A DNA stretch of 64,000 nucleotides from Acidobacteriota bacterium (GCA_963666055.2 CAXWPH010000007.1:64001-128000), one strand, 5' to 3'; positions 43,062 through 52,777 are shown, numbered from the stretch's first letter. Made by a program: numbers and translations. The notes: generated by a model from the sequence alone, not told the origin.

Positions 43062-43787
43062 GTGAGTGCCGACCAAGCCGACACCCGCTCGAGCGGTGGC
43101 ATCGACTCCCTTGGCACGCTCGTACCGATCGGTTTTCTTGCCGCGCTCATAGCGCTCTGGGCCGCTTTCCTGTATGCGCCGACCGAGCGGATCGAGGGCA
43201 ATGTGCAGCGCATCCTGTACATGCACGTGCCCGCGGCCATGACGATGTACGTCGCCTACAGCCTCGTGTTCCTGGCCAGTGTGATGTACCTGACGCGACG
43301 TGATAGCCGCTGGGACGAGCTGGCGGCGGCGTCAGCCGAGGTCGGTACCGTGTTCGCCACCACCGTGCTGATAACCGGTCCCATCTGGGCCAAGAAGGCG
43401 TGGGGAACGTACTGGGTCTGGGACGCGCGCCTTACCACGACGCTGCTATTGTGGCTGATCTTCTGCGCCTACCTGATGTTGCGCACCTACGGAGGCGCCG
43501 GCGAACATGTAGCCCGCTACTGTGCCGTGGTCGGCATCATCGGCTTCGCCGACCTCCCCATCATCCACTATTCGGTGCAGTGGTGGCGCACACTCCACCC
43601 GGAGCCCAAGGTCATGACACAGGGCTCTATGGGCGGGGGAATGGAAACGTCCATGTTCCTCGCCTTGGCGCTCGGTACCGTGGCAGCGCTCATGCTGTTT
43701 GCCGTCTTGCTGCGGCTGCGCCTGCGTTTGGAACGTATGGAGCGGCGTCTCGAGGTGGCCGGGCAGCTTCTTCGTTCCGAGGGTTAG
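43062..43787 (+). CDS. ccmC: Heme exporter/cytochrome c biogenesis protein
   Basis: YMHVP, TGPIWAKKAWGTYWVWDARLT, WWRTLHP. Confidence 0.93.
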   Translation: MSADQADTRSSGGIDSLGTLVPIGFLAALIALWAAFLYAPTERIEGNVQRILYMHVPAAMTMYVAYSLVFLASVMYLTRRDSRWDELAAASAEVGTVFATTVLITGPIWAKKAWGTYWVWDARLTTTLLLWLIFCAYLMLRTYGGAGEHVARYCAVVGIIGFADLPIIHYSVQWWRTLHPEPKVMTQGSMGGGMETSMFLALALGTVAALMLFAVLLRLRLRLERMERRLEVAGQLLRSEG

Positions 43788-43826
43788 GCACGTCGGGCGG
43801 TATGCAATACAGAAAGGACGACAGCG

Positions 43827-43970
43827 ATGAGTAACCTGGGGTTCTTGTTTGCGGGATTCGCCGCCGCATGGGCGATCACCTTCGGGTATCTCTGGTACCT
43901 GGCACGGCGCACCAAAGACCTGCAGCGCCGGCTGGATAATATCGAGGACCACATCGAGCCGGACGCCTAG
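43827..43970 (+). CDS. ccmD: CcmD family small membrane protein (absent from the ORF track)
   Basis: MSNLGFLFAGFAAAWAITFGYLWYLARRTKDLQRRLDNIEDHIEPDA; RBS AAAGGA; follows ccmC. Confidence 0.8.
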   Translation: MSNLGFLFAGFAAAWAITFGYLWYLARRTKDLQRRLDNIEDHIEPDA

Positions 43971-43999
43971 CCGGGCGCGCTTGATCAGCGGCCCCCCGA

Positions 44000-45187
44000 T
44001 CAATTCAGCGCGTCGAGAAACGATTCGCCGTCGCTAGGCGCATCGACTCCGAAGTTGGCAAGAATCGTCGCCCCGAGATCGGCGAAGGCGCGCGCCCCGA
44101 GTGATACGGGCGGAACGCGATGCCCGACGGCCAGCAGTGGCACGCACTCTCGGGTGTGGTCGGTGCCCGGCCAGGTCGGGTCGTTACCGTGGTCGGCGGT
44201 CAACACGAGCACGCCCTCATCGGGCAGCGCTTGCAGCCAAATCGGAACGGCCTGATCCAACTCCTCCAACGCAGCTGCGTATCCGACGGCGTCGTTGCGA
44301 TGGCCGTACAGGGAGTCGAAGTCGACGAGGTTGGCTATCACGAACGGCTCGGTCTGGTCGATCAGAGAACGTCGGATCGCCTCGATCCCGTGGGCGTTGT
44401 CCGCGATCTTCTCGTAGGCGCTGATACCGCGGCCCCCGAAGATGTCGTTGATCTTGCCGATGCCGCGGGTGCGCACACCAGCCACAAGGAGATGCTCCAA
44501 CGCCGTCGGCCGCGGCGGGGGGAGCGGGTAGTCCTTGCGTTGCGACGACAGGCGGACGAAGCGGCCGGGGCCGGACCCGGTGAACGGACGGGCAATTACC
44601 CGACCCACCGCGTGCTCGCCGCTCAGCAACCGGCGAGCCTTGGCGCAGAGTTCGTAGAGGTCGTTGACGGCAAGCACACCCTCATGGGCGGCGAGCTGAA
44701 ACACGCTGTCGCCCGAGGTATAGAGAATCGGCTGGCCGGAGCGCATGTGCTCGACTCCGAGCTCGTCGAGCACGGCCGTGCCCGAGGCCGCGTAGTTGCC
44801 CAACACCTCGTAGCCGGTAGCGGTACGGAAGGCCCGGACGATCTCCTCCGGGAAGCCCTCGGGATAGATCGGACCTTCCTGCTCTGCCACCACCCCCATG
44901 AGCTCCCAGTGCCCCAGCATGGTGTCCTTGGCGGGGCCATGTTCGATCAACCGACCGTAGGCCGCCTGTGCGGCCCTACTTGGCGCGGTCAACGGTGGGA
45001 CTCCGGGAATCCGATCCAGGCCGAGGGCTGCGAGGTTGGGCAACGACGGCGATGCAGACTCGATGACGTGGGCGAGGGTATTCGCACCCTGGTCACCGAA
45101 GTCGGCAGCATCGGGCGCCAGGCCGCAGCCCACGCTATCGCAGACAACGACTACGAATGGCTCGAAAACTCGCCGGCTAGCGACCAA
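44000..45187 (-). CDS. deoB: Phosphopentomutase
   Basis: DSVGCG, KDTMLGHWE, YTSGDSVFQ, RVIARPF, NLVDFDSLYGHRND, TADHGNDPT, DHTRE. Confidence 0.93.
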   Translation of the reverse strand: MVASRRVFEPFVVVVCDSVGCGLAPDAADFGDQGANTLAHVIESASPSLPNLAALGLDRIPGVPPLTAPSRAAQAAYGRLIEHGPAKDTMLGHWELMGVVAEQEGPIYPEGFPEEIVRAFRTATGYEVLGNYAASGTAVLDELGVEHMRSGQPILYTSGDSVFQLAAHEGVLAVNDLYELCAKARRLLSGEHAVGRVIARPFTGSGPGRFVRLSSQRKDYPLPPPRPTALEHLLVAGVRTRGIGKINDIFGGRGISAYEKIADNAHGIEAIRRSLIDQTEPFVIANLVDFDSLYGHRNDAVGYAAALEELDQAVPIWLQALPDEGVLVLTADHGNDPTWPGTDHTRECVPLLAVGHRVPPVSLGARAFADLGATILANFGVDAPSDGESFLDALN

Positions 45188-45200
45188 TAAGATACCGCCG

Positions 45201-45215
45201 TAGCAGGCCTGCTAG
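45201..45215. repeat. 14-bp palindrome matching fused MITE-B ends (collapsed footprint)
   Basis: tagcaggcctgctag = left end tagcaggcc + right end ggcctgctag; contains the stop of 45212-45976. Confidence 0.5.
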
Positions 45216-45976
45216 GGCTCCGCGTCCGGGTTGAGACCAAGCGTAGCGGCTAGCTCATCGGCACGCGTTTTGGCGAACTGCGCGTATACGGAGCCTGCGT
45301 GACCGTCGACGATCCGCTGATAGGCGAGCATCGCCTCCTGCGTCTGTCCGGCGGCCTCATGTGCGCGCGCCTTGGCAGCGAGCGCTTCCTCGATGGGGAA
45401 CCCTAGCGGCGGATCGCTGATTGTTTGATCGAATATCTCGATAGCATCAGCGTAGCGCTCCTGCTGCGCGAACAGTCCGCCGAGCCGAAGGAGCGACGCT
45501 GCGCGTGGTAGCGGTGCCACCGCCTCAGCGCCGTCCCGCAGACTCGCTTCGGCGGCCTCCAGGCGACCGAGGCGCGCCAGGCTGGTCCCCAGGTAGAACG
45601 ACGCGGCACGACCCGAGGGGTACGTGCCATAGGCATCGATAACCGCCTGCAGAGGCGGGATCGCCGCCTCGAGCTTCGCTTCTTCCGACTCGTACGCTGG
45701 CCCGGCCGGAGAGCTGGCGGGTATGGTGGTCGGGGCACCGGCGATCTGGGCGTTGAACGCCTGCAACGCTACCGCGAGCATTGCGGCAGCGTTCTGCTCC
45801 TGCCGGGTTCGATACGAGCGCACACCAGCCAGGACCGACAGTCCAGCCACGACGACAAGAAGCACCAGTCCGATGCTCTTCCGCCGCTGCATGACCCAAG
45901 AGACCGCGGCCGTGGCTCCACGCTGGAACTCATCGGACTTCTTGAGATCTTTACGGACGACATGATCTGCGGACAT
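45212..45976 (-). CDS. YfgM-like membrane-anchored TPR protein
   Basis: RKDLKKSDEF, single TM, TPR helices. Confidence 0.78.
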   Translation of the reverse strand: MSADHVVRKDLKKSDEFQRGATAAVSWVMQRRKSIGLVLLVVVAGLSVLAGVRSYRTRQEQNAAAMLAVALQAFNAQIAGAPTTIPASSPAGPAYESEEAKLEAAIPPLQAVIDAYGTYPSGRAASFYLGTSLARLGRLEAAEASLRDGAEAVAPLPRAASLLRLGGLFAQQERYADAIEIFDQTISDPPLGFPIEEALAAKARAHEAAGQTQEAMLAYQRIVDGHAGSVYAQFAKTRADELAATLGLNPDAEP

Positions 45977-46012
45977 CAGAAAATCTTAGCACGGTGTCCG
46001 GTTTGCACTTGC

Positions 46013-46495
46013 TCAGTCAGAGGCCTCGATGAGATCAGGCCCCTCAACCCAGAACGCCCCGTCGGGACCGGTTTCACGCTTCCAAATCGGCGCCTCTTTC
46101 TTGAGCGTGTCGATAACGTACCGCGATGCCTCGAAGGCCGCTGCGCGGTGCGCTGCCGACACCGCAATCGCTACCGAGACCTCCCCGATCTCCAGCCGTC
46201 CGAGACGATGATGCACCGCCACCGCCTCGATCTCCCAGCGCCTGCAGGCGCGCTCGGCGATACTCAGGAGCACGGCCTCCGACATCGGCACATAGGCCTC
46301 GTACTCGAGGAAACTGACCGCCTTGCCTTCGTGGTGGTCCCGCACCACGCCCTCGAACGTTGCGATGGCTCCAGCGCTGCGCGAGCCCACCTGCTGTGCC
46401 AGGGCCGCTGCCGAGATGGCCTCGGTGCCGACCCGCACGTCGACCACGCCGGTGGCTCTGGTCGCCTGCGGCCCTTCGTCCGCCAATTCCCTCAC
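46013..46495 (-). CDS. moaE: Molybdopterin synthase catalytic subunit
   Basis: GAIATFEGVVR, LEYEAY, HRLGRL, AHRAAAF, PIWKRE. Confidence 0.93.
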   Translation of the reverse strand: MRELADEGPQATRATGVVDVRVGTEAISAAALAQQVGSRSAGAIATFEGVVRDHHEGKAVSFLEYEAYVPMSEAVLLSIAERACRRWEIEAVAVHHRLGRLEIGEVSVAIAVSAAHRAAAFEASRYVIDTLKKEAPIWKRETGPDGAFWVEGPDLIEASD

Positions 46496-46737
46496 CCGCC
46501 GCTGACCGGCGGGATCATCGCCACCACGTCTCCATCGCTCAATCGCGTATCCCACCCGGCATAGCACTCGTTCACCGCCACCAGTAGGCGCTCGTGCATC
46601 GATTCGAGCGCTGGCGCACCGGCGACCAACTCAGCGAAACAATCGCCTACCGTGGCACCATCAGACAGCTGCAGCTGCACGCAGTCGCCGCCGCAGATCT
46701 CACGTGCGCGAGCAAACAGCAGTACCTCCACCCGCAA
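46492..46737 (-). CDS. moaD: Molybdopterin synthase sulfur carrier
   Basis: LFARARE, AVN, PPVSGG C-terminus. Confidence 0.93.
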   Translation of the reverse strand: MRVEVLLFARAREICGGDCVQLQLSDGATVGDCFAELVAGAPALESMHERLLVAVNECYAGWDTRLSDGDVVAMIPPVSGG

Positions 46738-46749
46738 GATGCTGCTGCC

Positions 46750-47763
46750 TCAGCCGCCGATCGCCGACATCGTCCTGGCCGGCCGCACGAAGTCAGAGCT
46801 GTTGATCAGGTGGCCCTCTTCCTTGCGCTGCCACGCCCCGCTGATGAGCTCGAGTAGCACGTCATCCGGCGCGCCGGCACGCATGGGCTCCTTCAAGTCG
46901 ACCTCGGTGAGCGAGAACAGGCAGGTACGTAACTTCCCGTCGGCCGTCAAACGAGCGCGATTGCAGGCGCCGCAGAACGGCCGCGTGACCGGTGAGATGA
47001 TGCCGATCTCCCCGACGCCGTCAGCGAAACGAAACCGCTCGGCGGTTTCGGAAGGGTGGTTGGGGTCGACGGGCACGAGGCCGCCCCATTCACCCTCGAA
47101 GGCAGCGCGGACCTCTCGACCCGGAACCATCAGCTCCCTACTCCAGACGTCGCCCGCCTCCAGCGGCATGAACTCGATGAAGCGCACGATCACGCCCAGC
47201 TCGCGTGCCAGGGCTCCGAAGGCGACGAACTCATCGTCGTTGAAGCCACGCATCGGTACCACGTTGACCTTGACAGGCCACAACTCCGCCTCGCGGGCAG
47301 CATTGATGGCATCGAGCACTTTCGACAATCCGCCGCGGCGCGTCAGCAGCCGGAAGCGCTCGCGGCGTAGGGTGTCGAGGCTGATGTTCACTCGCTGTAG
47401 GCCGGCAGCAAGCAGGTCGTCGAGTTGCTCTCGCAGGAAGATGCCGTTGGTTGTCATGGCGAGCTCCCGAACCCCATCAAGATCGTCGAGGGCCGCCACG
47501 AGGCGGTACAGCTCGCGGCGCAACAGCGGCTCGCCGCCCGTAAGTCGAACCTTGGCCACGCCTAGCTGACAGAACAGCCGTACCAGCCGCTCCATCTCCT
47601 CGAACGTCAGCAGCTCGTCGCGCGGCTGAAACTGAGGTGCCTCCTCCGGGATGCAATAGGCGCAGCGGAGGTTGCAGCGGTCGGTTACCGACAGGCGCAG
47701 GTCGCCAACCGGGCGTCCGTAGCTATCAGTAACAGGGGCATCAGTGGGAGCACGTTCAAGCAC
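46750..47763 (-). CDS. moaA: GTP 3',8-cyclase
   Basis: CNLRCAYC, TGGEP, FCGACNR...C, MSAIGG. Confidence 0.95.
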   Translation of the reverse strand: MLERAPTDAPVTDSYGRPVGDLRLSVTDRCNLRCAYCIPEEAPQFQPRDELLTFEEMERLVRLFCQLGVAKVRLTGGEPLLRRELYRLVAALDDLDGVRELAMTTNGIFLREQLDDLLAAGLQRVNISLDTLRRERFRLLTRRGGLSKVLDAINAAREAELWPVKVNVVPMRGFNDDEFVAFGALARELGVIVRFIEFMPLEAGDVWSRELMVPGREVRAAFEGEWGGLVPVDPNHPSETAERFRFADGVGEIGIISPVTRPFCGACNRARLTADGKLRTCLFSLTEVDLKEPMRAGAPDDVLLELISGAWQRKEEGHLINSSDFVRPARTMSAIGG

Positions 47764-47837
47764 CTCTACAGGCTAGCCCGGTGTCACGGCGTCGGTCAAT
47801 CACGTCGTGGTAGCATCCGCCCTCCGGGGCGAAATCA

Positions 47838-48305
47838 ATGAGCAAGTTGCAGGGCTACGGGTGGCTGATAGTGGGGGCCGCGCTTGCCATAGTGGTGCCG
47901 ATCCTGGCAATCGATCAGCTAGTGGTCGAGTTCCTTGAGGGGCTCCTGCCGCTTCCCTGGGCGCGCCTGGGAGTCGGAATGCTGATCTTCTGGACCACCG
48001 CGGTTCTTTATTTCCGTAGCCATTGGTCGGCGACGCTGGGATTGCTGGAAACCCAGCACCGCCAGCTCGGACGGGCGGCGAAACAGCTCAAGAACATCGC
48101 CGCCGATGCCGAGCGATCTGCCTACCTGCTAACCGACAACCTCGAGGAGATTCACCTCGGCGACACCGCCGGCGAAATGCAGGCCCTCTACCTCGACGGG
48201 GCGCGAGCCCACGCGGCCAAGCTCGCTCAGGTCGGACAGCGCTGTCGAGCGGTTAGCAGTGAGCTCACCAACCGCCAGCCTGCGACCATCGGAGATAGCG
48301 AATGA
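47838..48305 (+). CDS. Hypothetical membrane protein (2 TM + coiled coil)
   Basis: ORF with two hydrophobic segments; overlaps the next gene by 4 nt. Confidence 0.6.
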   Translation: MSKLQGYGWLIVGAALAIVVPILAIDQLVVEFLEGLLPLPWARLGVGMLIFWTTAVLYFRSHWSATLGLLETQHRQLGRAAKQLKNIAADAERSAYLLTDNLEEIHLGDTAGEMQALYLDGARAHAAKLAQVGQRCRAVSSELTNRQPATIGDSE

Positions 48306-48727
48306 GCGACGTCATCGAGGTCGTCGCGGCGGTGGTCATGGAAGGGGATCGCGTGCTGCTGTCTCAGCGTCACGACGGCGAACATCTGCCCCTCTTGTGG
48401 GAGTTCCCAGGCGGCAAGATCGAGCCCGGAGAGACGCCGCGGGCGGCACTACTGCGCGAGCTTCAAGAGGAGCTCGGGGTGACATCGCAGATCGGTCGTC
48501 AGCTCGCCGAGGCACGGCACACCTACCCCGAGAAGCGCGTCTGGCTGCGTTTCTTCGACGCCAAGATCGCCGGCATGCCAAAGCGATGCGTACACCGTCA
48601 GCTGCGCTGGATTCCAGTGGGCGAGCTGAGCAACTACGATGTCCCCCCACCAAATGCCGCGCTGGTGACGCTGCTAAGAAGCGGTCACATTGGGCGCGGT
48701 GACGTCGCTCAAATGTCGATCTCGTAG
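48302..48727 (+). CDS. NUDIX hydrolase, MutT/NudG-like
   Basis: WEFPGGKIEPGETPRAALLRELQEELG. Confidence 0.9.
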   Translation: MSDVIEVVAAVVMEGDRVLLSQRHDGEHLPLLWEFPGGKIEPGETPRAALLRELQEELGVTSQIGRQLAEARHTYPEKRVWLRFFDAKIAGMPKRCVHRQLRWIPVGELSNYDVPPPNAALVTLLRSGHIGRGDVAQMSIS

Positions 48728-50082
48728 TCGCCGGTGGAGCAGTCGACCGACACCGAGCCGTTGGCGAACTCGCGACTGAAGCTCATTCCGTTTGCCGAGA
48801 CCGTCGGCGGCCCCAACGGCGTCCCGCTAACCAGGTCGTCGTAAATCTCGTAGTACGGCCAGCTTACGTCGAACCAGCCGCCGCCTTCGGAATCCGACTC
48901 CATGTCGGAGAACCCGAAATAGCTCCCCTGCCCCATGGCGACCAGGAACGCAGCGATGCTGAACTCGAGGAATTGCCGCTCGTTGAAGCGACGCTTGCTG
49001 CCGTTGCCCGCGATGCAGCCTTCGAGGCAGCCCTTCCCGGACGGGAAATAGGGCGTGTGCAAGATCATCGGTATCCCGAGCTCGGTCTCGCGGATTCCGT
49101 TACGGATCTGCGCCGAGCAGGTATCGGCCAGATTCCACATCCAGAACTCGTTGTTGCGCGCGAACGGGACCCCGCCCAGCGCCTCCACGAGGTCGTCCTC
49201 CGGCGCCGGACAGGCGTTCTCGAACGGCAACAGGTTGCCGATCCCGGCGAAGCTGTTGGTGGTGGAGATAATGGAGTACTTGCCCGCCTTGTGCAGCCGC
49301 GCGGCTGCATCGGCGTGGACGGCGAGCGTGCCCTTCGCAAAGTCGGCGCGCTCAGCGTCGGTGAGCATGCTCAGGTGTTGCGCCTCGTCGCAACCGACGC
49401 TCTGGGCGTTGTCGAAGAACACTCCGAAGATGGGCTTTTCTTTGGCCGCCTTCCCGACGATGCGCCTACCGTAGAAGCCACGCGTCGATTTCTTGCGGAA
49501 ATCCCAACGACAGAAGTCGTAGCCGATGTCTTCCGGTGGATCCCCTTCGATATCCAATGGGTAATCTGTGAACCCCTGGCAGAGCCTGGCATCACGCAGC
49601 ATGAGCTGCTGCTTCTTCAATGCCTTGAGCTGCTGCTTGTACATCGAGCCTGCCCACATACCGCTGCGATACACCAGGCACGGGGGCGTGTCGCGTGCCG
49701 AGGCCCCAAGCCGTCGACACTGCTCCTCGGAGAAAGCCTCGGCGTTTCCGTTTGCCCAATCGCCGGTCGTCTCCTCGGCGACGAATTGGCCCATCCGGAA
49801 CTCGAGAATCACCAGGGAAAAATTGCGCATCTTGGCGAGCTGCGCAGCGCTGTGATAACCGTCCGCCTCGGCGGCAAAATACAGGGACGGGAACTTCTCC
49901 CAACCGGTCCACGGCCAGGGCTGCTCGGTTGAGGTTTGGTTGTTGCGCAATGCCTGAGGGCTTCCGACCGCGTCGCCCCCGGCGGTGATCGCCCCGACCG
50001 CAATCGCCGACAGTATTGCGACGACGAGGCCGGCGATGGGTCGGCGACTGGTTGCAGTACGGTCGAGCCGCTCGACTGTCAT
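48709..50082 (-). CDS. Secreted putative glycoside-hydrolase-like protein
   Basis: Signal peptide; GVFFDN and C-terminal FSREFANGSVSVD; family call tentative. Confidence 0.55.
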   Translation of the reverse strand: MTVERLDRTATSRRPIAGLVVAILSAIAVGAITAGGDAVGSPQALRNNQTSTEQPWPWTGWEKFPSLYFAAEADGYHSAAQLAKMRNFSLVILEFRMGQFVAEETTGDWANGNAEAFSEEQCRRLGASARDTPPCLVYRSGMWAGSMYKQQLKALKKQQLMLRDARLCQGFTDYPLDIEGDPPEDIGYDFCRWDFRKKSTRGFYGRRIVGKAAKEKPIFGVFFDNAQSVGCDEAQHLSMLTDAERADFAKGTLAVHADAAARLHKAGKYSIISTTNSFAGIGNLLPFENACPAPEDDLVEALGGVPFARNNEFWMWNLADTCSAQIRNGIRETELGIPMILHTPYFPSGKGCLEGCIAGNGSKRRFNERQFLEFSIAAFLVAMGQGSYFGFSDMESDSEGGGWFDVSWPYYEIYDDLVSGTPLGPPTVSANGMSFSREFANGSVSVDCSTGDYEIDI

Positions 50083-50253
50083 CGGCTACCTCCGGGTCGT
50101 CTCGCGGAGAAACTGGCAACGGCACCGGGACGCTATCACGTGCTTCGACTCGCGCCCCGGTAGCCAGACGGAGCAGCTCACGACCACTCGCCCGCCGGGT
50201 AGCCCGCCTTGTTCTGTTCGCGGCACGTCGCCTAACACCGAATCAATCGTCCG

Positions 50254-50724
50254 CTATTGAGGGGCTCGCCATAGCAAATTCTCCTCGGCGTCGAAATACC
50301 AGATCCCAGCGGGGCCCATCGCAGTGCGCAACCGCTCGTTCTCATCGAAGGTGGCAATACCGGCAGCACTGATCGTGGCGCGGTTCCTCTCGTCAAGATC
50401 GAAGTAGCCGATTCCCCTCGAGCTAATCGCGACGCGCAACTGTTCGTATTCGTCAAAGTAGGCGATCGCGGTGTCGTTAATTTCGACCCGCTGTTTCGCG
50501 TTCTGATCGAACACGGCAATGCTGGCCGCCTCCAACCTGACGCGCACGTTCCCGTCTTCGCCGATTACGCGAAACGCCCGTGCTTCGATCACGTCGGGAA
50601 TCTCCCGCAGCATGAGCGTAAGGACAAGCGCAACGGCCAGCGACACCGCCACCGCGACACCGCCCGTGATCTTCAACCACCGGTTCTCCCGCTCCAGTCG
50701 CTCGACTCGCCGTTCAAGGTCCAT
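50254..50724 (-). CDS. Hypothetical membrane-anchored protein with 18-aa beta repeats
   Basis: MDLERRVERLERENR, TM, five I[AGW]xFD...R repeats. Confidence 0.65.
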   Translation of the reverse strand: MDLERRVERLERENRWLKITGGVAVAVSLAVALVLTLMLREIPDVIEARAFRVIGEDGNVRVRLEAASIAVFDQNAKQRVEINDTAIAYFDEYEQLRVAISSRGIGYFDLDERNRATISAAGIATFDENERLRTAMGPAGIWYFDAEENLLWRAPQ

Positions 50725-50875
50725 GCGCCGTACCTCGCGTGTTGTGCTGATCCCGGGCACACTGTGATCCGGGAGCCGCGCCGACCACAAGGGCGGAACC
50801 GTCGAGCACCCGACTTGCTCAAAGTGCGCCGAGCGGGGACGCCTGCGCATCCACGATCGCGGGCACGAGGGTGGC

Positions 50876-52114
50876 TTATGGCTGGATCAGAAACGGGTCC
50901 GATTCGTCCGGACACTCTGATGCCATGACGACGAGCAGCGGCCTGAGGGTGTGGAGCACCTCGATGGTTTCACCCTGCGCAGCGAGAACATCGGGCAGCC
51001 GTCGGTAGGCGAGCGGTGATTCGTCAAGGTCGCCGCCGAAGACGAACACCTCACGAGCCTTGATCCACTCCATGACAGAGTCGTAGTCGACGCGGGGCTC
51101 GCTCTTCTTCTTGCCCCGACGGTTGCGTCCCGTTGCGGCGGTCCTGGACATCACCCTGCCGGCACCGTGGACGGTCGAAAACATCGCCGCCTCCATCTCT
51201 CGATAAACGGAGTCGTCCTCCTGGTCGGCAGCGCTTCCCCCCAGGATCACGGCGTCATCGCCCATGCTGCCACCGACGAACCCGCGCTGGCCTGGGTAAG
51301 CGGGAGTTGCCCCCTTGCGGACCACCACCAACTCACCTTCCTCTTCGATTTGGGTTTCCCGCCACGCAAAGTTGTGGTTGTTGTGGACCACGTCAAGAGT
51401 TCCAGCACCCAGCATCTTCGCCACAGCTCGACAGACCCACTCCCGGCCAGCGTATGCGTACTCGCCCGCGAGTTGCATCAGATCCCAATAGTCCTGGCCC
51501 GCTTGCGTGTCGAGCGAAAGGAGCGCCGTACCCGTCTCGCCTCGCTCGCCCCAGCCTTTGCCGTCAGCGAGCGCCAGCCCCGCAGTGGCGATCTGATAGC
51601 CGAACCCGCGCGAGCCGAAGTGCACCCCGACCCACATGTAGCCGTCCGAGGCGCGGAAAACGTCGACATAATGGTTACCGCTGCCGACAGTTCCGAGCTG
51701 GCGCCGAGCCTTGGACCGGAGACCTTTCCGGGTCCAGGTGCGTTTCTTGGTTCTGACCGTCTCGGGCACGATGTTCCATCGATCGTCATGGAAGATCGGG
51801 TGGGCAACCGGCGCGTCGCGATGGCTGTTCTGGCCACCGACGCCGAAGCAGATCGTGTCGCGGATCTCCTTTCCGAGCTCGTACAGTGACCGGCGGCCGG
51901 GTTCGTTGATGTCGAGCCGCATCGCGCAGTTGCCACACGCGATGTCGTAGCCAACCCCCGCTGGGCTCACCTGATTCCGGAACGCCGCGACCCCTCCCAC
52001 CGGCATGCCATAGCCTAGGTGGCCGTCCGCCATGAGGGCGGTGCGCTCGGCGATCGCATCGAACGTCTCAAGTTGGTCGAGCGTGCCCTTCTCGTGTTCC
52101 CCGAATACCTTCAT
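50876..52114 (-). CDS. rtcB: RtcB family RNA 3'-phosphate/5'-OH ligase
   Basis: MADGHLGYG.PVGG, VGYDIACG, GTVGSGNHY, HFGSRG, NHN, RKGATP, GGSMG, HGAGR, DESP.AY. Confidence 0.93.
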   Translation of the reverse strand: MKVFGEHEKGTLDQLETFDAIAERTALMADGHLGYGMPVGGVAAFRNQVSPAGVGYDIACGNCAMRLDINEPGRRSLYELGKEIRDTICFGVGGQNSHRDAPVAHPIFHDDRWNIVPETVRTKKRTWTRKGLRSKARRQLGTVGSGNHYVDVFRASDGYMWVGVHFGSRGFGYQIATAGLALADGKGWGERGETGTALLSLDTQAGQDYWDLMQLAGEYAYAGREWVCRAVAKMLGAGTLDVVHNNHNFAWRETQIEEEGELVVVRKGATPAYPGQRGFVGGSMGDDAVILGGSAADQEDDSVYREMEAAMFSTVHGAGRVMSRTAATGRNRRGKKKSEPRVDYDSVMEWIKAREVFVFGGDLDESPLAYRRLPDVLAAQGETIEVLHTLRPLLVVMASECPDESDPFLIQP

Positions 52115-52360
52115 CGCTCCACCCTAACGTCCGTGTCGGGCCATGGCGCGAGTAGTTGTCAAGAGTTGCAGCTAGCGAGCTGCAGCACGTCGAGGGTGTT
52201 CGCCTCGAAGCGCTTCCTACACCGGCGCCAAGAAAAGCGTCCGCGCGATTCTTTCAGGTAATCGATCCCGACACCGGTCGGCCGATAGTCACGTCCCGGT
52301 CGAGGGGCCACGCGGGGGTTCTTGCGCCTGTGCTCCGGCACCGATAGCCTGGCGCGCGGC

Positions 52361-52582
52361 ATGCCTGAGGACAAGTACGCTATTCGCGGCGGTGAGCAGG
52401 GCCGCGAGTGGCTTCGATTACTGAGCCGCATCATGGAGCCGAGCACGAACGCCCTCTTCGACCGCCTGAAGCCCGGGGCGGGCGCATCGTGTCTGGACAT
52501 CGGCTGCGGCGGCGGTGATGTGACTCGAATGCTCGCGGGACGCGTGATCCCGGGTGGCCATGCGGTGGGCATCGACTTCGAT
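52361..52582 (+). pseudogene. Truncated class I SAM-dependent methyltransferase
   Basis: YAIRGGEQG..RL, CLDIGCGGGD, VGIDFD; similarity then ends. Confidence 0.7.
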
Positions 52583-52777
52583 CGAAGTCCCATTGGGTAC
52601 AGATAAGCAGCGCAAGGGCGAACGCAATGGGTTCCTTGAGTCCTTTGTCCTTGAAGCGGTCGATAAAGACCCGGTGCTCGAACAACAGCGCCAGGGTGCG
52701 CGGGGAGCGCCGACACAACAGCGACCGCGGCGAGCACTTCGAAGGTACGGTCCCAGTCGAGATGGAACAGATTGGGT
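52581..52777 (-). pseudogene. Fragment of a small membrane protein, frameshifted and truncated
   Basis: PNLFHLDWDRTFEVLAAVAVVS / RTLALLFEHRVFIDRFKDKGLKEPIAFALALLICTQWDFD across two frames. Confidence 0.45.

Noticed and set aside
44120-45190. Long antisense ORFs such as 44120-45190, 34784-35812, 55583-56980 and 60293-61438
   Set aside because: Shadow or alternate-frame ORFs of well-supported genes in high-GC DNA, without motifs
50250-50272. Duplicated tRNA-Phe 3' end (second att site)
   Set aside because: Only loose similarity (tattgaggggctcg vs tattaggtgggctcg), too weak to call
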